DNA of 64,000 nucleotides, taken from NCBI GenBank assembly GCA_040954595.2, contig CM082580.2, positions 8,348,390-8,412,389 on the forward strand, written 5' to 3'. The stretch comes from Balanoglossus misakiensis (Eukaryota > Animalia > Hemichordata). The position numbers were made by a program, and so were the translations under genes. Shown piece by piece: positions 53,416 through 64,000 of this stretch (position 1 is its first letter; each line of letters starts with the position of its first letter). The notes under the pieces are model-generated. The model was not told the DNA's origin. It saw only the letters and a program-made list of their open reading frames with translations, and searched no databases.

Positions 53416-56400
53416 TCAGAAGTCTGCAAATAGTTCATCCTCTTCAATACCTTCAAGCAGTGCATCAAGATTTTCTGAAACGGAAAAGTGAAAAGTTGTT
53501 AACTAATCATATTTCAATTTCTTCTTGAAAATATCACAGAATGATCGCACAAGTTCAGATGGCAAGAGTGTGCCACCCAAGGAACAGCTACAAGTTCATA
53601 TTTACCCGTCTCAAACACATCAGCTGTTTTCTCCAATGTAAAATTTCCAGACTTCGTTTCCACACCACCATTGTCATTGGGACATGCCACACTTCCACTA
53701 CTGGCACTGTGTTCATTGTTACTGTTCTGTTGTTTGACTGGCAGACGGTTCTGTTTCCCCGACTTCCCAGTCACAGTGAAATCAGCACACACAATTCCAT
53801 CTCCGGGTCCATGCTGCCCTGGTGGCCCTCCGGACGCTTGCACAAACATGCCTCGTCTCTCAGACTGAACCTCACTTTCTCCACAATGACGAACACTGTT
53901 TCCGAACCGTTCATTGGCCTGTGGTTGCTTGTCCCTTATCCGTCCACTCCTATCCTCGCAGCTGCTTGCAGGGCCTCTCGAAGTCTCCACAGCCGTGACG
54001 GGGACGGTCTGACTGGATGACAGGCTGGCGTTGCAATCCACGGCAGAGTAGACTTGAATCAGGTTGGACGGAGTAACGTTCAGGTAGTGATTCCTCAGAC
54101 ACGGACTCAACACGCTCACCTGAAAAGGTTTGAAAGGGAAACATTTTTCTGGTATGCATGTCTCTACAAGGCTTGGTTGTACAAGAACTGGCTTTTGTCA
54201 TATGTTCATCTTTCAGCGTATGAAGCCATCATGCTCAGTGGTGCGAACATTGACTTCACTGCTTACCTGTCTCAGAACCAAAGCTGCACCAGGTTTCAGA
54301 TCACTCTGATGTTCCTCCAACAGTTTCTTGTGCAATGTGCCCTGCATCTCACCCGAGGGATCTCTGAACACAGCGCTGGCATCGCAGAAGTTGACAGATT
54401 TGATGAGGACACACAGATGAGGAACTTTTCCCTTGGGAAGCTGCTTCAGACTGGCCTGCACAAACAATAATTGTGATGTAAAATCTTAGACACAACAAGC
54501 TGCCAAGAATGGACCAGGAGTAGGCCATTTTATTCCAGCTGTATATCAGGCAATGTTTTGCAAACCAGTTTACCTGGCATCTTCTACTCCAATCTGAAAT
54601 AAATACACGGTTTCCTCCCAAGAATTTACCAAGACCGACTTCAGTTAACCCAGATAAATAAAATCTGGTGTGGCTAAATGTGATTCACTTGCCTTTCTCA
54701 TGACCATAGCTATGTTACACTGCGAGAGTATACAGTGGGGATCTTTTTCATCCAATCCCATGTCAAGCTTCATGTTCATCCAGGCACCACGGCCGAACTC
54801 ATCCTCTGTGTCTTGTGAACTGGCAACCACCTTACAGACAAAAAAGGGGAAAATCAGATGGCAGTAGATATTACTGTTATGGCATCATAATATTTACCAC
54901 TAGGTCTGATGTCTTGTGTTATTGTTAGACTTCACTGCAAGAGTGGAAAAAGCACAACAAGGCCATAAAAAGATAAGCTTTCACTTACATGTACCACACT
55001 ATCATTCAGTTTCTTCCCACTGCCATTCTCTTCTTTTTTAGGTGCAGCATTCAGGTCTGCTTCAGTGACCCTCTGACCTGAAGTCTGGGCAAAACAATAG
55101 GGTAAAGGGTTCAACTGATATTTATGGTACCGTTTGTGGTCTATTTCAAGTTACACTAATGCATTTATAATCATCTCATCTTCTTTGGCAGGATTTTTAT
55201 AGCATGTAACAAAGATTATGCGGTTGACTCATGAAAATGTGACACTTGTGTCTTTCAAGACCTACCAATTTAGGCAGGAGACCAGCTGGTCCTGGGAACT
55301 TCCTTGTTTTTGATTTGGCCGTGCCACTTCCAGAGGTGACTGGGGTCTGGCAAAGCTGGGCTATCCGGGATGTAAGTAAAGGAGTCTGAGGGGTTACAGC
55401 TCTTTGCCCAGTGAGCATGTTTTGGTTCGGCAAGGCAGCCGGTGAGACGCTCTGTCTGTGATTTGATCCGAGGGGTGGTCTTGGGGCAGCAGCCTGGTGT
55501 GGCGAGATGTTTGGTCTTGGTGACTGATGCTGATTTGCACTTTGTGGGGGCCTTGTGAACTGTCCACTCCCTGTTCTTTGGAAACTTGGGGTGATCATTG
55601 CAGACGATGTGGGTGAAGGTGAGGAAGCGCTGCTTGGCGTAAATTGCTGCCTCGCTGGTTGCATTGGGGAATTTCTTTGATTTGGAGTTGATAATGGAAA
55701 GGAGTTCCTTCTCATTGGATTAGGGTTGGAGTGTTGTTTCTGAGATGGTCCCATATTTCCTGACACTGGAGATTTACTGAATTGCGAAGAAACTGTCCGG
55801 GCCATCATTCTGGGCCCCCTTTGCTCATTTGCCGTACCAGGTATCTGTGGACCAGTACCTGGCATATTTGTGCTGGTATACGAGAGAGGTTTCTTGAGAT
55901 TTTGCGGACTTTGTTCTCTTGATGATTGGGTCGTTGATGCGTGCAACCTGGACAGGTCCTTTGAAGGTGTCCCTGTTGGTCTGAATGGCACAGAATTATC
56001 ACTGATCTGCTTGAAGTTGGTTTGACCTGAGATGGACGTTGTCGGCCCCTGGGTACAACTGCCAGTTTTTCCTTGGACGTGTTTGAATCTGAACTGCCTC
56101 GGTGACGACGGAACTCCAGAACCACCATTGTGGGAACCTCTCCCTTGACCAATCGGTGGCTGATCAAACTTTGCGAGTTTTCTTGGTGGCTCACACTCTG
56201 TAACCGTGCGCGTAATCCTGTTAATCTGATTTCGATGTCCATGACCTTCGACCCCCAACCCACCAATTCTGTGCTGTGAAGTTCCGGCATTCGGAGCAGA
56301 CTGCCTCTGTTCAAATCCCCGGTTATTCAATGATGACGACTGCAATGGAGTCCTGTTCGTAAACTGGAAATTCTTAGCCTTGCTGCTGTCAGTATTATGT

Positions 56401-56864
56401 CCACACGTTCCTCCGCTACTTGTTCCCTGTTTATTGTTATTGTTATTCACGTGTGAGCTGCTTGGAATACTTGGTAAAAAGAAATCCTGTGAACAAAATT
56501 GTTGGAGAATGGGAAGGTACGTGTATTATTGTCAGTTGCAAGAATCAATGTCGAATACATTTAATTAATCTTAGAAGATGTTAATAAATGCCCTTACCTC
56601 TTCAGAAAATGATAACTCATCTTCCCCAATGTGAAACAAACTAAAGTTGCTCCCCTCCTGTATCGAAACAAAAGAAAAAAAATTGTTACTGTTTCTACTC
56701 TATAATAGGGTACTTGTATACAATGTATTACATGTACAATGGTCTCTAAATTTGCAAATGAATAAAGATATCCCACAAAGTTTACTACAATGGCCCTTTG
56801 CTGTGTTTACCTGTGGCGCTCCCATAGACATGATGAAGGGATACACTCGACTGACAGACTGCAT
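53416..56864 (-). CDS. HROB: Homologous recombination OB-fold protein (C17orf53/MCM8IP)
   Basis: Exons ~56864-56811, 56657-56598, 56486-55266, ~55084-54989, ~54830-54693, 54455-54267, 54119-53606, 53474-53416. Long disordered N-terminus, RKFPGPAGLLP motif, OB fold (KQLPKGKVP...FRDPSGEMQGTLHK...PGAALVLRQVSVLSP...HYLNVTPSNL), acidic C-terminal LDALLEGIEEDELF. Start codon uncertain (56864 or ~56831). Confidence 0.88.
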
Positions 56865-57400
56865 GCAGTACGCCAGTACAGTAGGGACTGAATCAGCCTT
56901 CCGTTTTGGTTACATCATTTACTTCTCTTTAAGAGGCCTTGGCCTTTTGTACAGTAAATTAGCTGGAGATGCGAGTTTCAAGACTGATGATGAGCACTCG
57001 AATGAACTCCAACTCTCTTCTTTTTAAAATGGCCGCGCTCAAGATCTCGTGTTAGGCGAGATTTGTAGTTTTCGGTTTTATTCCTCGTAAGAACGGTTTT
57101 ATTGTTTCCTATCATTCCTGGTAGCTCCTTCTTATCGTCTTAGTTTTGAATTAAAACCCTACGGAGAAAGATAGTTTTGCTATTAGCGAATAATTCTTGG
57201 ACCGTCGCAAGTCCCGTGACCTTTTGCGAGAATGCATAGTTGAACTCAAAACAAACATGGCTGACAGTGTGAATAGTTTAGATTGAACTGATTGGCATTT
57301 ATATAAACAGAACTGTACGTAGCAATACCTTGTCGGAATCTGTCGACGTATACTATGGTATCATTGTTTATTGTCGAGTTCATTTGAAATCGCGACGAAA
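56865..57400. promoter_or_regulatory. Bidirectional promoter between HROB and the RING gene
   Basis: Divergent start codons ~540 bp apart; YY1-like AAAATGGCCGC at ~57026. Confidence 0.55.
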
Positions 57401-60024
57401 ATGTCGAAGCCAAGCAAGAATCATAAGAAGGGTTCGGACACTGCCGAGAAGGTATGTGATGTGTAGGTGCAATGATTGTAGCAGGTGCTGCTAGGTTGAC
57501 CATGGGTTGACTGGTGTGTTCGCACGTTGTCAATGTAAGATTGGGACATTTTCATTATTCAGCTTTAATATTTTTTAAAATTTATTTATATTTATTTCAA
57601 AGCTGCGTGAAATCAAGCAAATGCAGGCCAATTGGATGGCACAGAGAGGCAGACATCAAGAGTCTGGTGGTAGTGGTGTGTTTGATAAACAAGAAGTACA
57701 TGTACCCTCAAAGAAGCCTGCTAACTCAACACCAGGAAAGAAAACTGAGAAGAAGAAAGGTACTTAGGAATTCAGTGTTGTCACTAGATTTAAACCTGTT
57801 GTCACTTCCATGTAGGGAGTGAGTCTAGTAACTTGGGCAAATATGGGGTGTGTTGGGCTATGGGGTGTGGTAAAGGCAGCTCTGTCCCTTCCTGAGCTTT
57901 CATTGTTGATGTTTGGGTCAGCTACAGTAATGCCAGGCTTCATTGCTAGAAGAGGATAGTTCTAGTTGTGTCAGCCTTATTGACACCCTTATTTCACTGC
58001 AGAACCAGATCCATTTGTGTGGATCATTGGCAGCGGTCAGAGCACCAAGAAGAAATCCAGCGTCAGAGCGAGGTCTGCATCGCCGGCTGGTAGGAAAAGC
58101 AGCAGCAGCAGTAGTACAGGCAGCGGCAGCCGAACTTCCAGCAGACAGAACAGCAGTAGAACCCCGACGACGCAAGGGAAACCGCCAACACCAAAGACTA
58201 CCTCATCAGTGACCAATGCAAGTCACAGAAAGGAGCATACGTCGCATGTGCAGAGTGGGAGAGGCAGGAAAATTTACAGCTCGGAGCCCGATTTGAATGG
58301 TGTGGATTCAAAACTTTCCAACTTGTACGGCTCGGAAAGTAGTGAAAGAAATAGTGAAAGAAACTCTCTTGACAAGGGAGCTACTTACAAACTTGCTGAT
58401 ACTGACGCGAGGACAAAAATCAGTACCCACGATGCACAGACTGCAAGTGACTCAGATCTGAGAGACAGGGTTGTTGGTTCGTCGGGAGGGCTGATGGCCC
58501 CGGAGATGTTCGACAGACTCGCCGATCAGATCGCCAACAGGGTGAAGGCGGAAATAGAACAAGAGAGGGAAAAAGAGCAGTATTCAAGACCGAGGCAGAT
58601 GAGCTATGATGGCAGCGAGGGTGATGATGCCATTTCTAGTCATAAGTGTAGCAGGTGTAAACAGTTGATGGTGAGTTCATTGTGACGTCATATCTCATCT
58701 TTGCAGACTTTGTGGAGAAGGTGAACCTGTAACTAACTACCATAACTTGGCCAGTCCAGGCATAAAATGATAAAGTTAATTTGATATACCGTACTAGTAA
58801 CCAAGACTCAATTTCAACTACTTCATATTCAGGTCCCTCCAGATCACACACCCACACTCCTGATACCCTGTGGCCACACCATGTGTGAAGCTTGTGCAGA
58901 AGACCGAATCAAGTGCCCCACCTGTAGGACTAAAGGCAAGTTTGTCTCTTGATTCTACTGAAAGTGAAAGTATCAGTGGATTGAAACAATGTTTTCATCA
59001 TTTTTGTGGCAGAAAGGGTATGTAAATGCCAGAGCAAACTTTCTTATATTTCTCTTATTTTCATGAACCCCAACAGTTGCCTCCCTCACCTGCAACACCA
59101 CCCTCCAATCCATCATCCAAGACTTTGTGGAGAAGCGGAAACCAGGTTATTCCCTCCAGAATTCAACGTCGACGTCATCACAGAGGCGCCAGTCCAACCA
59201 ACAGTACAGCCCTGCAAATTACACGGACGGGACACACAGGCCCAGGCAAGGGGAAGATCACAGTGTTCAAAGGCAGGCACCGAACAACACAGAACAAGGG
59301 AAGCACTATGCCGATGAGTACCAAAGTCTGATGATAAGGTCAGAAGCCTTGCAAAACGAAGAAGAGACAATCAGGGAAAACTTGGAAGGAGTCTCGCAGA
59401 AACTGGAAAGACAGAAGGTACAGATGACATTTATCTTGCTCCCTTTAGAGAAATGGTGTTCTTTCTGTATTTTTTACCTCTAAACGTTGGACCAGTCCGG
59501 CTGTTTTCATAGGTATACTATGGTCGGGTCCGTATACCAGGTAGAAGGGGTTCAACACGTCCCATATTCACATTAGTGATACCTGACTGTCGCATGTATT
59601 ATCCGTTCGTATACACAGAAACAGATAGATAACATAGACAGAGAGGAAGAGAAGTTGCAGAGCCAAATAGCAGAGCTTCAGGAGAGACTGGAGACACTGC
59701 AGACTCACAAAAAGGAGTACCAAGACAAGTTCAAAGATCTTGAAGACACCCAAGAGCAGGAGACGAGGAGATTGTCCATGGTGAAGGACACACTTAGGAC
59801 AATCAATAACAGTATTGAGAAGGTAAAGTTATCATTTCTTGTTTTTGTCATCAGTCATTTCTATTGGCCTGATATTTTTTTTGAATACTCAACACCAGCA
59901 TATCTTTAATTATGCTTACTGATGGACAATTTATCATGCAAACCCAATTTCCAACATTATCACTTTTATACTGTAGGTGAAGATGTTGGCACGCAACTTC
60001 AATGTTTACATCGGCGATGATTGA
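57401..60024 (+). CDS. Uncharacterised C3HC4 RING finger protein with C-terminal coiled coil, ~523 aa
   Basis: Exons 57401-57451, 57603-57759, 58003-58670, 58833-58935 (GC donor), 59077-59417, 59619-59822, 59977-60024 join in frame (1572 nt). RING CSRC...IPCGHTMCEAC...KCPTC; Ser/Lys-rich N-terminus; E/Q/K heptad-rich tail. Confidence 0.85.
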
Positions 60025-60129
60025 GCAGTACAAAAGGTGTAGTGTACGTAATGCTCATGGCTCTCATCAGATGGGCTGGTGTGGAGGGCGCCCTCAAGCG
60101 ATTCACACTGACATTCGCTGATAATCAAC

Positions 60130-60167
60130 TGATTGATTGATTGATTGATTGATTAATTGATTGATTG
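60130..60167 (+). repeat. (TGAT)n microsatellite in the 3' UTR of the RING gene
   Basis: tgattgattgattgattgattgattaattgattgattg. Confidence 0.9.
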
Positions 60168-61496
60168 ACATCTATCCTAACTTCAAAGAACTTTGTGTTC
60201 TGTGACTTGTTTTATATTGCTCGTTGAGCAAAATGAACTGCAGTTGTACTTATTTACATTCCTGTTTGTATCTCTGTACATTCTGTAAAATAATTAAGGT
60301 AGTGTAAATGTTTATAAATGATCTTATTATTCTATGTAATAAATATTTGATACATTTTGTATAAAATTGTTATGCATTATGTTTTATCTCCAAATATACA
60401 AATACTTACCCATTTCATATCACAAATGAACGTTATTATAACATAAAGTACTAATAAAGACATCTGTGAAAATTGAAGGTAAAAAGTTATAGGAATACAA
60501 TTTATTTAATTCTCATTTAATGTAGAATGCAAAAGTAGAGCTGGGGTAGATAATTTGTCTATTCGCAAAGAAGACGAAGGTGTCACTGATTGGAGGCTTT
60601 GTTGAGGCACCGGCTGACCTCGCTTTGTACAGCGCCCTCATACTGTACAAGTGCCGTTGTTAAGTAGAGACCCACCCTTCCGCTTTGCAGACGCGTTGGC
60701 CCCTGTGATTTCGGTACTAATAATTTCAGGTTTTCAAACAATTGGTTTTACCTTCAGATTACTGTTTTGCTCAACACGTGCGGATATGATGCATGTATGA
60801 CCGACGGGACCGCACGCTTAACGAAATCCAAGTGACGGCTTTGTTGCCACGATATTTTCGTCGAGCGACAGACTCCAGGGGCTTCTCATATATATATACA
60901 TAGGACGAGTTAAGGTACTGTATTCATGATATTTATTGCACCAAATTTTGATTTATTGGCATGTTTGTTTGAAGGGGAACGACGTTGCTATCGTGACTTG
61001 CTCCACGATGACCACATTGTCAAGCTTTGGGTGTATATGCACAGGATACAAAAGCCCCAGTCCCGGGCCCCACTACCCAAGGGCCTGGTCTTGGGAGGTT
61101 GGGAACCACTTAAAATTTGCAGACGTCTGTCATGGAATGCACGTAGTGTATTATTGCAATGCATACCCCATGTATATGTCATTTAATATTATGTAACCAG
61201 TTTTGAACCCATCAACACTGGCACAGTGATTAAATTATAGTTGCCTGGCCTTATTTTAGTGTTGACTCGAAAACTGTTGTGTTCCTCAATGCATGCTTAT
61301 TGCCTTGCTCACAGCCTCTCAGGGGTTGCATTTGTTCTGTAGGGACTGGTCTAGCTGCTAGGACATAGTCTAGTACATGTACCTATAAACGTAGACGGGG
61401 AGGAACACACGTCTTGGTACGAGACTACGAGGACTAGCATAATATACATGTATTCGATTAATCTTTTGCTACTTTCTATTCAACAGGATATGTAGC

Positions 61497-62683
61497 ATGG
61501 CGGAGAAAATAAATTTCTTTCGCCGAGGTAAGTTAATATTTACTCACTTTTGCAAGACGATAGGAACTTGTTAAAGCAGAAATCGTAGCTCGCTACTAAC
61601 ACGATGGCCATCTTTACATTTCCAGCCGTTTGTCTCCGAAATCTTCCCTGCCACTGAAGTGTTCTATGATGCTTCCTCTTTTAGAATATTACGAGTACAA
61701 GAATTTTAAGTTCATCAAACTCAAAGCCAAGTTGCCGGGAATCACCGAGAAGCGCGTGAAGAAAGGTGAAATCAAGGTGGACGTGACGTTTAAAGATCGG
61801 TAAGTTACCCGGATGTTGAAAACCAGTGACGGATAACGTATGTTGCATCACGTAGACAGTAGTATGAAACGTGTAGAATAGTTTCAAGTTCATGAAGGAA
61901 TCAGGAGGAAGACCTAGATAGAGTGCGGATCCAGGGGACGTTCTAATTTTGAACGATGTCGTTTGTACATGCCGTCTACGCTATGCCTATCACTGTTTTC
62001 CTTTGATCATTTCTTGTTGTTTCGCTGTGTTATTTTCAGGTCCATCAGCCTTGTGGCCACTGGTTTACTGGGACACTATGAATTGCTATTCAACGGGAAG
62101 ATGCTCCACGCTCCGATTGAACCCGAACAGTGTTACTGGGAGGTAGATGAAAGATTGCTATTATTAAAAAAATTCCCGGCAAACTGATTAACAGTTATTT
62201 AGGAAACCGCATTTTGATCGCCTGTTACGCAGAGCGCGTTCTCCGCACACGGTGAAGTGCGCACGAACCGAGAAACTAACAGAAATACAACTCTTAAATT
62301 TGATGTGAGATTTTATAACTTTCCCCAGTTTCATACAGTCATGAAACTAGCGAATGTCATAAAACGGCCTGAATGAAATGACATGCCTTTGCAACGGGAA
62401 GTGTGTTTGTGTCGTATATGTTATATTAGCAAGTTGTATTGGCCGAGAAAATTCGCTGTTTGATATGTTGGCCTCGATTGTCCAATCATCAATCGTGTCC
62501 CTCCTTCACTTACCGGGCCACCGCCATCTGCGTCTGTCTTAACAGGTTGAGAAAGACTGGATCAAAGTGTACCTGAAAAAGAAAGTGGCGCAGAAATGGG
62601 CAGATGCCAGGGGCGAGATTGTGCTGCTCGCTCCAGAACCGGATGACGAAGATGATGACGACAAAAAGGAGGAAGGCGATTGA
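61497..62683 (+). CDS. Small CS (CHORD/SGT1, p23-like) domain protein with acidic tail, 128 aa
   Basis: Exons 61497-61527, 61685-61799, 62040-62142, 62546-62683 have clean GT-AG junctions and join in frame (387 nt). 'VDVTFKDRSISLVA...LHAPIEPEQCYWEVEKDWIKVYLKKKVAQKW' fits the CS-domain pattern; ends PDDEDDDDKKEEGD. Confidence 0.75.
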
Positions 62684-64000
62684 CCGACGCGACGATCCTT
62701 TGCCTATAGGGCCTACATGTAGTATAGTTACACACATCCAACCGGGGCTACCGTTATAAATTAATGAAAATACTTCTGCGGTAGTCATTAGGATTAACCA
62801 ATTTATCTTTAGAAGCACTGACTGTAGTGGTAAGAGAAACATTAGTGGTGGGAGTATCGGAGATCGAGTCTAAGCAACGTCCCCTGAGGGGCGTCGGCGC
62901 TTGCAGGAAGGCGACGGCCGGGAGGAAGCCGGGCGACAAGACCCGCATCGTGGTTGACGTACACTTACTGGTGATTTTACATGGGAATTAAAATAGAATG
63001 CGGTGTTGAAACAGTAGCCCTCTTGAGATATTTGTCAGCAAATATCGACACATGACCCAATTTGTTTTCTGTAGTACCATGCCCGGACTTGCCAGTGAGC
63101 AATATTTCACACGCAGAACCAAACTTCCAGACGAAACAAAAACGAATAGTTGATGTTTTCCCCATGATGAGGCGATTGAAAGGGCGAACCTACAGGAAGC
63201 AAATTATTTTATTGTGCGGTATAGGATATGGTTTACCTATGAATGATTTTAGATCGTTTTAATTTAAAAGTAATAATAAATTAATTATATCTTGTGTTTT
63301 AACACCATGGACGGATATTGTGCATACAGCCGACTAGTGAATATTTGTTGCGGAAAAATCTGAAATAAAATGAATTATTTGTATAAAAAATGTCGTAAAT
63401 TTCGATAACCATCAATTTCTTCGTGACGCCGTTTTGTGCATATTCATACCATTGTACTTTTCCGTCACAATGCGACCGAAACTCAATTGGTATCACACAA
63501 CAACAGTGAGCAGTGCCAGTCGCACGTGAACCGAATGCATGTATTCACCCATTCCGATTTGGTCACGGTGGCCACCTCGAGTTCACTATTCATTAGACTT
63601 TCGTTTTAGTTTCATTCATCACAGAATGTCACACCAATACAGCATTGCTAATGGTTACAGCCGAAGCATGGAGTGTCGAACCCGTTTTATATTCAACCGC
63701 ACAACTATTGTGGTGATGCATATGGGTGTTAGAACTGATCTCGAGCTCCACAAATTCAAAAAAATGTTGTCTGTCGACTATGGATAAGGATAAGGAGTAG
63801 ATCGAAGTATTTTATCGATTTATAAGTGACAGCTATTGGGGCTGTAATCGAAATGAATCCTTTTTCCATTGGCCTATACAGCATCACCATCCTGCAAGGA
63901 ATGCTTTATCGGTCATAGAAATCTGATAGACGACCAGGCGGTTTACTGCTTTTTGATAGCAGGAATAAACTACCATGGAAAAGCTGCCACCTGTCACGCA

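Overview
Eukaryotic, intron-rich genomic DNA from an animal; gene content and repeat style suggest an invertebrate deuterostome (inference only). Most ORF-track entries are spurious or single exons. The first ~13 kb has no convincing CDS but looks like the regulatory/5' region of a minus-strand gene that runs off the left edge. It is followed by a ~7.14 kb tandem duplication, each copy carrying a collapsed LTR-retrotransposon remnant and a 5-exon NmrA-like (NMRAL1) gene. Then come ABCF2 (-), CFAP221 (-), a GT29 sialyltransferase (+), HROB (-) head-to-head with an uncharacterised RING/coiled-coil gene (+), and a small CS/p23-like domain gene (+). The most notable hidden feature is a pair of paralogous box C/D snoRNA-like elements in consecutive ABCF2 introns, each with two antisense elements to the 5' end of U2 snRNA (SNORD89-like). 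Exon coordinates were read by hand and may be off by a few bases.
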